Below, piece after piece: positions 49,804 to 63,431 of a DNA stretch of 64,000 bases. The number at the start of each line of letters is the position of its first letter. The first letter of the stretch is position 1. Where the stretch lies: NCBI GenBank assembly GCA_965235115.1, contig OZ249436.1:47556001-47620000 (forward strand), in the 5' to 3' direction. Source of the stretch: Laetmonice hystrix (lineage: Eukaryota). Below the pieces are notes generated by a model. That model was not told where the DNA came from. It saw only the letters and a program-made list of their open reading frames with translations, and made no database searches. The position numbers were made by a program, and so were the translations under genes.

Positions 49804-51109
49804 CCCTTGAACCTGTACGTGTTAGCCGGATTTTAAAGGTAAGCTCACCCCCTAAAGACACACACAAATGGAGGACACAAATGGTCCGGGCGTCAAACTT
49901 GCCGTACACTATGCGATCGCAAAGGTAGCGACACATAGCCTCATCCGTTATATTATTTCCAGTATTATCAGCTCAAAATAAGTTTCGAATGGCTACTAAA
50001 GAGGTAATGCTACGAAAACTGTAATCAGAAGTTGATAAATATGTTGTAGAAACGAGTGGTACTGCATGATCAGCAGGCATGTATGCCAGCTAGTAATAAC
50101 AACAAACATAAGTTATAAAGTAGGGAGAATGGAAAAACATTATTTAGATGGCAGAGATGTCTACTGTAGAGCCATAAAAAGTCTCTGTCAGCTTTACTAA
50201 TATGTCTTCCTGCCTTGGGAGCTGTGCTCACCTCGCCTCGCCACAAATAGCAAACACATAACTACACTGCCACAAAACATATCGGTTTTTTACGGCTGCA
50301 TTTTAACGACCCACCACTGGCACATTACAAGAGAAATCATCTCCCAGCTTTGACTACAGACAGAATTAGGGTCCCATTCATCCTCATCAGGTAGCCAACA
50401 TTTCAAGTTATTTGGACTAATTGCCAAGGTAAACGCCCCCTGTGCTGAAAACAAATTCATTCCCTGAGCTCCTGTAGTCAACTGTCAAAATGTCACAACC
50501 CTTAGCGTTGTGGGTCCGTGAAGCGTCTGTCAGTTTCCATGGTTTTATTGATTTTATCCATCAAATCCATCAAACACCCCTTTTCTTACCCTAATCCGGT
50601 GTTTGTGCCCAATGCGGCGTCCAGATCCATCAGCCCCTGGAGGGGGCCTGGGTAATCTCCCCCACCCCCAAACACACCACCTCCATGGCAACACCTCCAC
50701 AATACCGTACTGTACGTAAGAGTACAGTCAGCTCTCCACAAAAATACAGACAAAAGGGAACAGAGTGAAAAATAGTGAGCTTGGCTCTGACATGATTGGA
50801 AACTAAGAATGTTAATTGTGTCAGTTGACTGGAGCAGAATTCATGAATACCGTGATTTTAGAACACGGCGTTCACTTCATTTGTTCTTAAAGCAAGTCGT
50901 GAATACTAACAATCTTCATTACAATACGTGGTGGCAGACGTCTTCACCAACGTAATCAAGTTAACGACCACTCGCTGCCACACAAAAGTTCAAGTAATAA
51001 GTACCTTTCTGTATCGACATGACTTGACTGCATCCATACGTTAATGCCTACTCAACAATTACCTGTTCAATGTCGGCTAGTCGCAGGGAGGCCTGGCAAT
51101 ACTTAAACA

Positions 51110-51632
51110 ATCAATAAATAGACTGTCAACACTTACCCCAACATTAACACCAACACCATGAGTTCCTGGGCCAGGCTTGTATCGTAACCACGTACGGGTC
51201 AATAAACAGACTGTCAACACTTACCCCAACATTAACACCAACACCATGAGTTCCTGGGCCAGGCTTGTATCGTACGTACGGGTCAATAAACAGACTGTCA
51301 ACACTTACCCCAACATTAACACCAACACCATGAGTTCCTGGGCCAGGCTTGTATCGTACGTACGGGTCAATAAACAGACTGTCAACACTTACCCCAACAT
51401 TAACACCAACACCAAGAGTTCCTGGGCAAGGCTTGTATCGTAACCACGTACGGGTCAATAAACAGACTGTCAACACTTACCCCAACATTAACACCAACAC
51501 CATGAGTTCCTGGGCCAGGCTTGTATCGTAACCACGTACGGGTCAATAAACAGACTGTCAACACTTACCCCAACATTAACACCAACACCATGAGTTCCTG
51601 GGCCAGGCTTGTATCGTAACCACGTACGGGTC
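51110..51632. repeat. Minisatellite, 84/88-bp unit, 6 copies
   Basis: GACTGTCAACACTTACCCC at 51121, 51209, 51293, 51377, 51465 and 51553. Confidence 0.97.
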
Positions 51633-52157
51633 TCATCTTCACTGATGGTTTAATTACTACACGGATCAAATATCGATTTACAAATTACTCCGCTAGCACT
51701 CCACTAGTACTCCGCTAACTGAATCTGCTGGTTGACAGTTTGCCAGATCTATAGAGAACTGAGATGAAATCCACTCCGATATGGCGTTTACGTACTCCTA
51801 TGGCCTGGCGTCATCAGTTCTACCGTCAGGGAGCTGACCACTGTGTGGATAAGACGCCTGTAGCGTCAGTAGACGTGGATAAATATGGACAATGTGCTTG
51901 TAGCGTCAATAGGCGCCAACAACCGAGTACGGCGCTTGTCAGGGTACACAGTGGCACCCTCCCGGCGATCAGCACCAGGGAAACAGGTACACTAGAGGTA
52001 TACTGGAGGTATACTGGAAATATACTGGAAATATACTGGAGGTACAACTCCAGACCGGATTCAGCAGGTGGAGGCTGTGATAAACCCAAGACGACACGAT
52101 TGCGGTGTAGATTACCTGAGTCCCTGGCTTGGACAATGAGACGTTCCGGTCTGGGGG

Positions 52158-52731
52158 TTGGTCCTCAATGATTCCAACAACTGTTCCTACCACTGCCTGG
52201 TTCTGGTAATCTCCAATCTCCCTGCCAGTTTGGTCCTCAATGATTCCAACAACTGTTCCTACCACTGCCTGGTTCTGGTAATCTCCAATCTCCCTGCCAG
52301 TTTGGTCCTCAATGATTCCAACAACTGTTCCTACCACTGCCTGGCTCTGGTAATCTCCAATCTCCCTGCCAGTTTGGTCCTCAATGATTCCAACAACTGT
52401 TCCTACCACTGCCTGGCTCTGGTAATCTCCAATCTCCCTGCCAGTTTGGTCCTCAATGATTCCAACAACTGTTCCTACCACTGCCTGGTTCTGGTAATCT
52501 CCAATCTCCCTGCCAGTTTGGTCCTCAATGATTCCAACAACTGTTCCTACCACTGCCTGGTTCTGGTAATCTCCAATCTCCCTGCCAGTTTGGTCCTCAA
52601 TGATTCCAACAACTGTTCCTACCACTGCCTGGCTCTGGTAATCGCCAATCTCCCTGCCAGTTTGGTCCTCAATGATTCCAACAACTGTTCCTACCACTGC
52701 CTGGCTCTGGTAATCTCCAATCTCCCTGCCA
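52158..52731. repeat. Minisatellite, 72-bp unit, 8 copies
   Basis: TTGGTCCTCAATGATTCCAACAACTGTTCCTACCACTGCC... near-perfect. Confidence 0.97.
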
Positions 52732-53197
52732 AGTCAATCCCTCCCGACGCTCACACTGACACGGCCAACTGTCTCACTCTTTCTTCCTGAAATTCTGGTG
52801 CAATTAAAGAACAACTAGTTGAACAATTGCCTCATTTCTGCTCTTTTTTCAATCAATCCCATGACATGCGGCGAATAAAAATAATCTGCATGAGTTCAAT
52901 CACGCTTCCAGGATGTCTTCTCAAAATTAGCAATATTCATGTTCCAAATGATCTTAAAGTGAATGTTCTTCAATACATGAGGATGAAACATGGAGCCCTG
53001 CTGAGTGATCCTTGCACGGATCCGTGATGTGGAGAGTGTAGCACAGTAACCTGTGTGTGTGTCATACCCGGGCAGTTATTGTAGGGAGTACACGTGGTTC
53101 CATAACTCCTGCTTCTCTAATACCGTGTACGAGGCGGTGTGCTTATATACACTGAGCGGTCTGCCTGGCCTGGGGCACAGACCGACCACAGACCGAC

Positions 53198-53572
53198 CTC
53201 ACTGAGCTCTCACTGAGCTCTCACTGAGCCCTCACTGAACTCTCACTGAGCCCTCACTGAGCCCTCACTGAGCTCTCACTGAGCCCTCACCGAGCCCTTA
53301 CCGAGCTCTCACTGAGCCCTCACCGAGCCCTCACCGAGCTCTCACCGAGCTCACTGAGCTCTCACCGAGCCCTCACCGAGCCCTCACCGAGCCCTCACTG
53401 AGCCCTCACCGAGCTCTCACTGAGCTCTCACTGAGCTCTCACTGAGCTCTCACCGAGCCCTCACTGAGCCCTCACTGGCCCCTTACTGAGCCCTCACCGA
53501 GCCCTCGTCGAGTCCTCGCCGAACCCTTACCGAGCCCTCACCGAGCCCTCACCGAGCCCTCACTGAGCCCTC
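53198..53572. repeat. Minisatellite, 11-bp unit
   Basis: CTCAC(T/C)GAGC(C/T) tandem. Confidence 0.95.
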
Positions 53573-53891
53573 AGCTGGCGGACGCTCGAGGTGTCATCCA
53601 CTGTCACCGTGATATACAGAGTTGTCGCGATATTTCTACAGATCCGCTCCATATTGCCACATCTTCCACACCTCAGTATCCAGCAGTCATCCTAACGGTC
53701 CCCTACCGCCGACCTGCTCCCAGCCCGACCCTCAGCCCACCAGCTGAGCCTAAACCCTCTGTCCACCTCAGTGAAGGCAGCCAGACACAGCCTTGCCACC
53801 AACAAGTCCTCCAGGGCGGGTCTTTGATCTGTTGTGGTGCGCTCGATGATACAAGGCTTTCATCAGCTGTCGTGTCTGAGCATATCTCATC

Positions 53892-54265
53892 GAGTCGAGA
53901 GTGTGGATTCAGTGTGCTGGAATATTACCACCTGGAGGAGTCGAGAGTGTGGATTCAGTGTGGTAGAATATTACCACCTGGAGGAGTCGAGAGTGTGGAT
54001 TCAGTGTGGTAGAATATTACCACCTGGAGGAGTCGAGAGTGTGGATTCAGTGTGGTAGAATATTACCACCTGGAGGAGTCGAGAGTGTGGATTCAGTGTG
54101 GTAGAATATTACCACCTGGAGGAGTCGAGAGTGTGGATTCAGTGTGGTAGAATATTACCACCTGGAGGAGTCGAGAGTGTGGATTCAGTGTGGTAGAATA
54201 TTACCACCTGGAGGAGTCGAGAGTGTGGATTCAGTGTGGTAGAATATCACCACCTGGAGGAGTCG
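53892..54265. repeat. Minisatellite, 46-bp unit, 8 copies
   Basis: GAGTCGAGAGTGTGGATTCAGTGTGGTAGAATATTACCACCTGGAG tandem. Confidence 0.97.
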
Positions 54266-55449
54266 TCTCTAACTCACCACCAGTACACGTTACACGCCAT
54301 GTTGGGTACAGTCGGCTGACCACTCTGTCCGGCCCATTGGTTTCGTAATGATGACCTGGCTATGTCTGCCCACCTGAGCAATACGACCACCGGCTCCAGC
54401 GTATCACGTCATGCCGCCAGATGACACTCAGACAGGAGTTAGAACGTGGGCTGAAAACTTAAATATCTCCTCTTGCTTTCACTCCGACAACTGTAATGGA
54501 GCCATGGTTTGAGCTCTCCACTTCAGATAGATTACACGCCATTGCTTTCATCATATCGTCTCCTTTTTACAGGATAGAATCTCAAGTCTCACTCTGGCAA
54601 TGGGCGATCTAATCAGCATTCAGTGGCACGAGTTGTGGGTCGGCAGGTGACGCCTTCCTGACGCCTTGGCGGCAAGCATATCTGGCAGGTCAGTCGTGAT
54701 GTAATCTCTCACCTCCAGGTCAATGTCCTCCAGGGTATGGGTAGAACAGTGAGGTCCTCCGGGCAGGCACTGAGCACGGTTACTCAATGGCAGGTGTGCG
54801 CCAAGTGGTTCTGCTTCCAGTCAACTGGAGAACATTTATACGAGTTCTGCCGCTGTGTTCCGGCCACTGTGGACGCATTGGCTTGAAGTAAAACCGACGT
54901 TAAATCCCACGGCAGCTCCTCAAGGCGCGGCCCTGACGCCCCGACTGACGCTTCTACTGACGCCTCTACCGACTCTCCCACTTGGCGACACCCCCGACAA
55001 TAAGTTGCCGCCTGCTGGGAGTACTAGCGTCAGCAGTCGTCATGCGTGCACACCAGGCGGGAATCATCCCTCCTCCTGTAACCTCTCTGCTCCTCCAGTC
55101 AGCCGACAGCGAGGCCACAGTCCAATCCCCCTCCCCTCACAATGCACACCATATGACAGATCATCACCCTCAACTCATACCGCAAAGTGAATCAGGACCC
55201 GTTCCTCCGTATGTACGGGTAGGTCCATGGCTACCTTCAGTCAGGGCCCAGTTGCCACCATCAAGCTCCCCATGGAACTGTGTACCAATCACTCCTTAAT
55301 CATACTTACTACAGCCTCCAAAGGGCCATCGTAGGCGGCTGGGTTATTGCCTCATCCATTCTTCATTGTTACAATTAAACCTCATGTCTCAACTCATGTC
55401 ACATTCCCCCGGTTACTATGGTTACCGGAGACAGCGTCTTCCTGGCGGA

Positions 55450-56439
55450 CGTTTTACATATGTTCAAGCCTGGGGTCTATATTATATATCAGGCTTGGGT
55501 AATACATGTGTTCCGACAACGGTTTTCCATATGGTTAGACCTTGGTTATGTTCAGGCATTTACAAATGTTAAGGCCCGGGTTTTACATATGATTTGGGTC
55601 TTGGTTTTACATATATTGAGATCGGGGTTTACATATATTTAGGCCTGGGGTTTACATATGTTGAAAATATAATGTTCAGACCTTAGTTTTACTTATGGTC
55701 AGACCACAGTTTTACTTATTTTCATGCCTGAATTTTACACCTGTTCCTGCCTGAGTTTGCACATGTTCATGCCTGAGTTTACACATGTCCAGGCCTGAGT
55801 TTTACACATGTTCAGGCCTGAGTTTTACACATGTCCAGGCCTGAGTTTTACACATGTTCAGGCCTGAGTTTTACACATGTTCAGGCCTGAGTTTTACACA
55901 TGTTCAGGCCTGAGTTTTACACATGTTCAGGCCTGAGTTGTACACATGTCCAGGCCTGAGTTGTACACATGTCCAGGCCTGAGTTTTACACATGTCCAGG
56001 CCTGAGTTGTACACATGTCCAGGCCTGAGTTTTACACATGTCCAGGCCTGAGTTTTACACATGTTCAGGCCTGAGTTTTACACATGTTCAGGCCTGAGTT
56101 TTACACATGTTCAGGCCTGAGTTTTACACATGTTCAGGCCTGAGTTTTACACATGTTCAGGCCAGAGTTTTACACATGTCCAGGCCTGAGTTTACACATG
56201 TCCAGGCCAGAGTTTTACACATGTTCAGGCCTGAGTTGTACACATGTCCAGGCCTGAGTTTTACACATGTTCAGGCCTGAGTTTTACACATGTCCAGGCC
56301 TGAGTTTTACACATATTCAGGCCTGAGTTTTACACATGTTAAGGCCTGAGTTTTACACATGTCCAGGCCTGAGTTTACACATGTCCAGGCCAGAGTTTTA
56401 CACATGTTAAGGCCTGAGTTTTACACATATTCAGGCCTG
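55450..56439. repeat. 23-bp minisatellite, homogeneous from ~55740, decayed to the left
   Basis: AGGCCTGAGTTTTACACATGT(T/C)C tandem. Confidence 0.93.
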
Positions 56440-56950
56440 GATTCTGTGCCCCCTGATCGCCGCCGTGGAGTATTAACAGACAGGGAGACAGGATCAGTGA
56501 GTGTGTGTCCGGGGGTCGCTGGCCTTCTTCCTGTGTGATAGACATTGTCCCTGGGGGAATGAGTGTGGTGCGGGGTCCGACACGCGGCTAGGCCTGGTTA
56601 CGTACAGAACTGGCTGATAGAAGAGACTTGATGTGTATTAAGTCAGTAAGCCAGTTCGCTCCTCCACAACATGCTCTGATGTTCCTTCTAATCGACTCCG
56701 TTCTGTTCTCACATCCCTCATATAACGACGCAATCGCCATCATAGATAAATTCATTATTCGTTTTTTTCTATCTTTAATTCCATACCATCACCCTCATGA
56801 AAAGTCATATCAATTACCATTCATTCTTACTCTTATAATTTCATTATGATTTCTATCAATGGCACGTCAATTATTCCTTCCTCTGCTCATCTGTTTTAAA
56901 CATAACTGAGAATCTCGCGAAGCCTACACTCCAGTTTCTTGTACATCGCC

Positions 56951-57146
56951 CATCATAACTTATACCCCACGAAATTTGGTCGAAAGTAAAGTAAAAGTAA
57001 AGGCCCTGACCTTATCCCTAACCCCTAACCCCAGTCTCTACACCTCCCATAAACATATCCCTATCCTATCCCTATCCCTATCCCTGACCTTAACCCTAAC
57101 CCCTGCCTAAGAATTTTGTGGGAAAGTTATCATGGGGGAATAACCC
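56951..57146 (+). mobile_element. Short Helentron-like non-autonomous element (CCTAACCC-rich core)
   Basis: CATCATAACTT..CCCACGAAATT is inverted with AATTTTGTGGG.AAGTTATCATG around ccctaaccc/ccctat repeats. Confidence 0.45.
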
Positions 57147-57220
57147 AGTTTCTATGAACCAAGACAGATATGTCATATCGTCTCCTCCGGCGCCAAACTC
57201 CAAACAGAGAGCACATCTTG

Positions 57221-57555
57221 GGGAGAGTTTGGTTCCTGATCCGGTGCCATACTCCGAGCAGAGAGAACACGTTTAAGGAGAGATTGGTGCCTGATCCGGT
57301 GCCATACTCCGAGCAGAGAGAACACGTTTAAGGAGAGTTTGGTGCCTGATCCGGTGCCATACTCCGAGCAGAGATAACCTGTTTAAGGAGAGTTTGGTTC
57401 CTGATCCGGTGCCATACTCCGAGCAGAGATAACCTGTTCAGGGAGAGTTTGGTTCCTGATCCGGTGCCATACTCCGAGCAGAGAATACTGTTCAATGAGA
57501 CTTTGGTACCATACTCCGAGCAGAGATAACTTGTTTAAGAAGAATCTGGTTCCTG
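57221..57555. repeat. Minisatellite, 55-bp unit, ~6 copies
   Basis: CCGGTGCCATACTCCGAGCAGAG at 57241, 57296, 57351, 57406 and 57461. Confidence 0.95.
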
Positions 57556-57595
57556 CCCTGTCCCTCACCCTCTCATCAGAACGTTGTACGCTCAC

Positions 57596-57657
57596 CTTAA
57601 CGTCATCCCAGTCAGGGCATCCCCAAGCCGGAGCTCGGGGATGGGGAGACCACAGCG
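57596..57657 (-). CDS. Candidate exon, frame undetermined
   Basis: tgttcag| acceptor and AAG|GTGAGC donor. Two frames open. Abuts the 55-bp satellite. Confidence 0.25.
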
Positions 57658-59136
57658 CTGAACACTAGATAATTGGGCAAGGGCGTATTACGAAGATACG
57701 CCCGCTAAAATTGATCTTCTCAATGGACTTTCAATCCTGAATCCTTCTATAGCCCTAGGGATTTTCTGATTGTGTATTATTGGCGACAGTCTGGGGAAAC
57801 ACTGGCTGTTTGAGTCTGTAAGTATTCCCAAGTCTACGGATCTAAGTTCTGGTCCCCTTCTTCATCATCTAAACAAGGGTGGTATGAGATCGTAAGACCG
57901 CTGTATCTTATCTATGGTCTGCCAGCAATGAGGCAGTGAGGGAAAACAATTCGTTCCACAGCCATGCGCTTTGTGAAGTCCTGTGGAAGCGAGCGCCATC
58001 CATTATGTAGACGATCATTGGAAAACGGTCTCTCCTCCAATTTATAACTACTCTTTGTGACACAATGGAAATAAACTCTCCAATAAACTCTGATCTCGGT
58101 TTGGGAAGCATCCTCTGGCGATCATTTTAGTCGGGACGTCGGGCGTCTGTTTGGTGCCGTGTGCAGCTGAGTAACCCACAGTTCGGTGATATATTACCAA
58201 CACCCACAGTTCGGCGATATTTCTGCCAATCAGAAGGTAGTTGAGATTACGTTACGATACGAGAGTCGTTCACCGATGGTTGCCATCGTTACAACTGGCT
58301 ATCACTCACGGCCGTATCTGTGCTGACAGCTGCAATAATTGAATGAGGGATTTGTATAGCCAACTTTCTCAAATCTAATCGGAAGAATCCCTTTATTCCT
58401 ATAATCCCAATGAAGCATTTTCTTTCAAAGAAAATATTGGTCAAGTGATGATTCAATCCATCGGCACTTCTATATCATCGAGCGAGAATTATAATCTAAT
58501 TAAGGAAATGCAATTTCTGAATTCATGAGAGCTTCTACAGGCCCTTGATTACCATTGAAATAACTTCGGCAATTCATGGTAGAACGCCAATAACGGGCCC
58601 GTCGTCTCATGTCTATTCTCCATTAGCCATGTGGTATAATATACATATAAACGAACCATCCAACGCTAACGTTCATGTTTTCTGATTCTTGAAATGCTCA
58701 GGCACGTTCCCGACTCATTGGATCGATGTTTTCTTTTGTTTGTTTGTTGTTTTTTTGATGTATAGATTTTGGAGAACTGAAACCAAACAACCCGGCCCGT
58801 GTGTCTGACAGTTTGCCAGTCGATCAAGGCTAGACATGAAGATATTAAAAAACCCACCTCTCATTTCTCCTCATCACGACAGAACACTGGAAACCTCTGG
58901 AGGAATTGCTAGAAGGTTTGATCCAGGGAGCCGGAATCATGCACGAATATCGCATTAATACACATAAAATCAGGTATGAGCATGGACAATTATGAAAAAA
59001 GTCGGAAACTGGGCCCGGAGCTATGAAATACTGTTGTAAAGCCTGGCCTGACTCTCAGCAGTTGAAATACCCCCCCCCCCCCACGCCGCCGCCACCACTA
59101 CCACCACCACGATAGCACTCCATGATACAGAGTTAT

Positions 59137-59372
59137 CTCCATAATTCACATAAAACTTCATGTTTCACATCAAACTCCATAATTCACATAAAACTTCATG
59201 TTTCACATCAAACTCCATAATTCACATAAAACTTCATGTTTCACATCAAACTCCATAATTCACATAAAACTTCATGTTCCACATCAAAAACTCCATAATT
59301 CACATAAAACTTCATATTTCACATCAAACTCCATAATTCACATAAAACTTCATGTTCCACATCAAACTCCAT
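59137..59372. repeat. Minisatellite, 38-bp unit, 6 copies
   Basis: CTCCATAATTCACATAAAACTTCATGTTTCACATCAAA tandem. Confidence 0.95.
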
Positions 59373-59894
59373 GAAATAACCAAAACACCAAGCCTTCTCA
59401 CGGTGAGCAGATCCCCTACAGAGTGCCACAGTTTTAAACAAACACAGACACCCCGTCAGACTCCAGCGGAAACCTGCTCCATCATAGAACGTCTCTGGCT
59501 TTATTTACAACTTGTGGTCTGCTCCATCTGACTAATGCACTCTGGTGTTGGGTCTGATTATCGGTCCAACAATTCCACGTTTTATACTGTGCTTCCATCC
59601 ATCTACTAGTGGGTAAAATACTGGATGGCACCAACTGTGAACAAGGCTATAATGGATTGATATATATTTGATACTATCTCCTGTCACTATCAGTATCACT
59701 AGATCTACGTTCAAAGATAAGGCTAGCACTGACAGCTTTCTCAGAGATGGCCATCAGGCGGCGTGCACTAGTTGGACACGTTAGTTTTCAATATGTCGGG
59801 GTTGGCAACGACTTAATGCGAGGTCAGTAGTAATTTTAAAAGGAGACAGGTTGGAAGGGTTAGGGATATTTTCATGGGAAGGTCCGGGGACCGA

Positions 59895-60378
59895 GGAAGC
59901 CACTTTCCCGAGTCAGGCAGGCCGGGGAAGCCACTTTCCCGAGTCAGCAGGCCGGGGAAGCCACTTCCCCGTGACGGGGAGCCAAGCAGGCCGGGGAAGC
60001 CACTTCCCCGTGACAGGGGCGTCAGGCAGGCTGGTCGGGGAAGCCACTTCCCCATGAGGGGGGAGTCAGACAGGCTGGTCGGGGAAGCCACTTCCCCGTG
60101 ACGGGGAGCCGGGCAGCCCGGGGAAGCCACTTCCCCGTGACGGGGAGCCAGGCAGGCCATGGAAGCCACTTCCTCGTGACGGGAGAGTCAGGCAGGCTGG
60201 TCGGGGAAGCCACTTCCCCGTGACGGGGAGCCAGGCAGGCCGGGGAAGCCACTTCCTCATGACGGGAGAGTCAGGCAGGCTGGTCGGGGAAGCCACTTCC
60301 CCGTGACGGGGAGCCAGGCAGGCTGGGGAAGCCACTTCCTCATGACGGGGGGAGTCAGGCAGGCTGGTCGGGGAAGCC
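59895..60378. repeat. GC-rich minisatellite, ~30-41 bp alternating units
   Basis: GGGGAAGCCACTTCCCCGTGACGGG core, with units containing short hairpins. Confidence 0.9.
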
Positions 60379-61862
60379 CCTGCGGGAAACCACTGCGGTC
60401 ATCCTAGGTCACAGATGTCCGGGATCAAACAAACCCAAGGTCAAAGATCATACCCATTCATCCCCTGCCCAACGTTCCGTTTCATTGTATCACATTTTGT
60501 CCTTTGATTAGCAGCCACCATTGCGTGCTGCGCGTCCCCATGCCGGCTTTCCGACCACCATGTGCTTTGAAATATCTGAGGAGATGCCGATTCGAGCCTC
60601 CATTAAAAACAAATCGTTGTTTGAGCTTCTTGAGTTTCTTTACGTGGCACGAAATACGAGATAATGTGGGCGTCCGTTAGTATGATACAGGTCTCAGCTT
60701 GCCGACTGATCGTTTAGTTGGTTGCTATGAGACAGTCGTCTACACGGTGGACGAGCTTCAATCAAACTGTTTGTATAAACGCTCTCTCCACCAATTCATC
60801 ATTCTTGCTTCCTCAGGCAGGACCATACAAATGTTCCTACCGTTTCACTGTCCTCATGATTGGTTGAAAAACTATCTCTAAAAACTATCTCCAAATCTTT
60901 AACGGCATCAGTCGTACTCTCATTCAGATGGTAACTGAGACATGGGGCAGTGGTAATCAACGTTTGAGATTAATCAATGCAGTGGTACAACACTTGCGCT
61001 CCTAATATCCGGGAGTGTATTCCTGAAATAATAATTCTCCATCTAACCACTGCATATCCAAATTTCAACAGCACAAAATTACTAGAATAAAACCGTCGAG
61101 ATCTACCACCTGTATACATAAGTCCATGCTCGGCATTTGTATTCTCCCGAGCCCGTATTACGTCAGATAAGTTCCGCAAACAATCCAGGTGATGTTTTGA
61201 TTGGTTCTAACAGTGTCAATGGCGGCCTTTATGAAATGGTGACCTTGTAACTAGGAATACCGACAAGTAGTTTGACGTTATTTGAGCCACTCTCCATCAT
61301 TACTAACATATCTTGTCTTCAATTAATTGTTTCACAAGTAAAATGGCTATACTATGCAGGGCCAGAGAAAGAACCATTTAATCAGTATAAGTGCCTTGAT
61401 TGAAAGCAGGGGAAGGCGGTATGGTACGTGGACTACTGCCACACAATTGCTTTCACCAAGTAATCGTCTCTATACCGCCCCTCTTACGGCTAACTACATT
61501 CTACAGAGAAAAACACAAAATGAGTTTAATGAATTTCACTCATGCACGGCGGCAACTCGTTGGCCAATATGTGCCTACCGACGGAGCGCCCACGTGCCCT
61601 GCACCCAGTGCGCCCAGTCACGACCACCAGGCCGTGCGCCCAGGTACCCCCAGCCCGACAAACACACCCAGGCCATATAATAATGAGGCTCTCAGTAATT
61701 GCAAGCCGCAAGCCGCCAGAATACCTCAGTATTATGTACGTGTCATGGGGTTCGTGACTGACCGTGTGTAGTAAAACAATCCCACCCTCACGAGGCCTGA
61801 CCATGGGTTCATTATACCTACACGGATTGACAACCACCTACAGTTTGTACATCAGTGGTACT

Positions 61863-62118
61863 AACTGTCGCCGCGACAAGTAACGGGCGAATCCAGTAAT
61901 ACAACTGTCGCCGCGATAAGTAACGGGCGAATCCAGTAATACAACTGTCGCCGCGATAAGTAACGGGCGAATCCAGTAATACAACTGTCGCCGCGATAAG
62001 TAACGGGCGAATCCAGTAATACAACTGTCGCCGTGATAAGTAACGGGCGAATCTAGTAATACAACTGTCGCCGCGATAAGTAACGGGCGAATCCAGTAAT
62101 AAAACTGTCGCCGCGATA
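61863..62118. repeat. Minisatellite, 40-bp unit, ~6 copies
   Basis: AACTGTCGCCGCGATAAGTAACGGGCGAATCCAGTAATAC tandem. Confidence 0.97.
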
Positions 62119-62282
62119 GGTATCAGTATCAGTAGTCGGTGATTTTATCAAGATTGAAACGTCAGGAAAGGACAGCCAACAAAAGTTATAGAGTGAAAGC
62201 CGATAATTTGAGCCATATCGGGCCTCTGTACTGCAGCTGGTGGAGATCATGAATAATGGTGAAACAATTTGTGAGACATCTC

Positions 62283-63247
62283 GTTACTTCGAGAAATAAC
62301 AGCGAGTTTATGAAATAAAGATCTACGTTTCAGTTTCAGTTAGTTCTGTATTGCCATGGTGATAACGGTTTCCACTCCGATTACCAATAATGTTACTTTG
62401 AAAAATAACACCGAGTTTATGAAATAAAGAGCTACGTTTCAGTTGGTTCTGTATTGCCATGGTGATAACGGTTTCCACTCCGATTACCAATAATGTTACT
62501 TTGAGAAATAACAGCGAGTTTATGAAATAAAGATCTACGTTTCAGTTTCAGTTGGTTCTGTATTGCCATGGTGATAACGGTTTCCACTCCGATTACCAAT
62601 AATGTTACTTTGAGAAATAACACCGAGTTTATGAAATAAAGATCTACGTTTCAGTTTCAGTTGGTTCTGTATTGCCATGGTGATAACGGTTTCCACTCCG
62701 ATTACCAATAATGTTACTTTGAGAAATAACACCGAGTTTATGAAATAAAGATCTACGTTTCAGTTTCAGTTGGTTCTGTATTGCCATGGTGATAACGGTT
62801 TCCACTCCGATTACCAATAATGTTACTTTGAGAAATAACACCGAGTTTATGAAATAAAGATCTACGTTTCAGTTTCAGTTGGTTCTGTATTGCCATGGTG
62901 ATAACGGTTTTCACTCCGATTACCAATAATGTTACTTTGAGAAATAACACCGAGTTTATGAAATAAAGATCTACGTTTCAGTTGGTTCTGTATTGCCATG
63001 GTGATAACGGTTTCCACTCCGATTACCAATAATGTTACTTTGAGAAATAACACCGAGTTTATGAAATAAAGAGCTACGTTTCAGTTTCAGTTAGTTCTGT
63101 ATTGCCATGGTGATAACGGTTTCCACTCCGATTACCAATAATGTTACTTTGAGAAATAACAGCGAGTTTATGAAATAAAGATCTACGTTTCAGTTTCAGT
63201 TAGTTCTGTATTGCCATGGTGATAACGGTTTCCACTCCGATTACCAA
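62283..63247. repeat. Satellite, 109/103-bp unit, ~9 copies
   Basis: GAGAAATAACACCGAGTTTATGAAATAAAGATCTACG... recurs every 109 bp (103 bp when one TTTCAG is lost). Confidence 0.97.
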
Positions 63248-63304
63248 CAATCTGTCACGTGAGGTGTACCGCTTACTTAACTTGACCACGTATCCAACAG
63301 AAGG

Positions 63305-63400
63305 AGAGAGAGAGTCAGAGACAGCGAGACAGAGACAGACAGAGAGAGACACACAGAGAGAGACAGAAAGCGACAGGGAGAGACAGAGACACAGAAAGAA
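63305..63400. repeat. GA/GACA-rich microsatellite
   Basis: Purine-rich GAGACA runs. Confidence 0.85.
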
Positions 63401-63431
63401 ATAGCTTCCCTTTTGCTGCTAAATGTGTGAT

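Noticed and set aside
55740..56439. p53 response-element array (ACACATGTCC AGGCCTGAGT)
   Set aside because: The first half-site has a mismatch and the second lacks the CWWG core, so it is too weak to claim.
57008..57105. CCCTAA repeats as interstitial telomere
   Set aside because: Few, degenerate units enclosed by inverted repeats. Better explained as a Helentron-like core.
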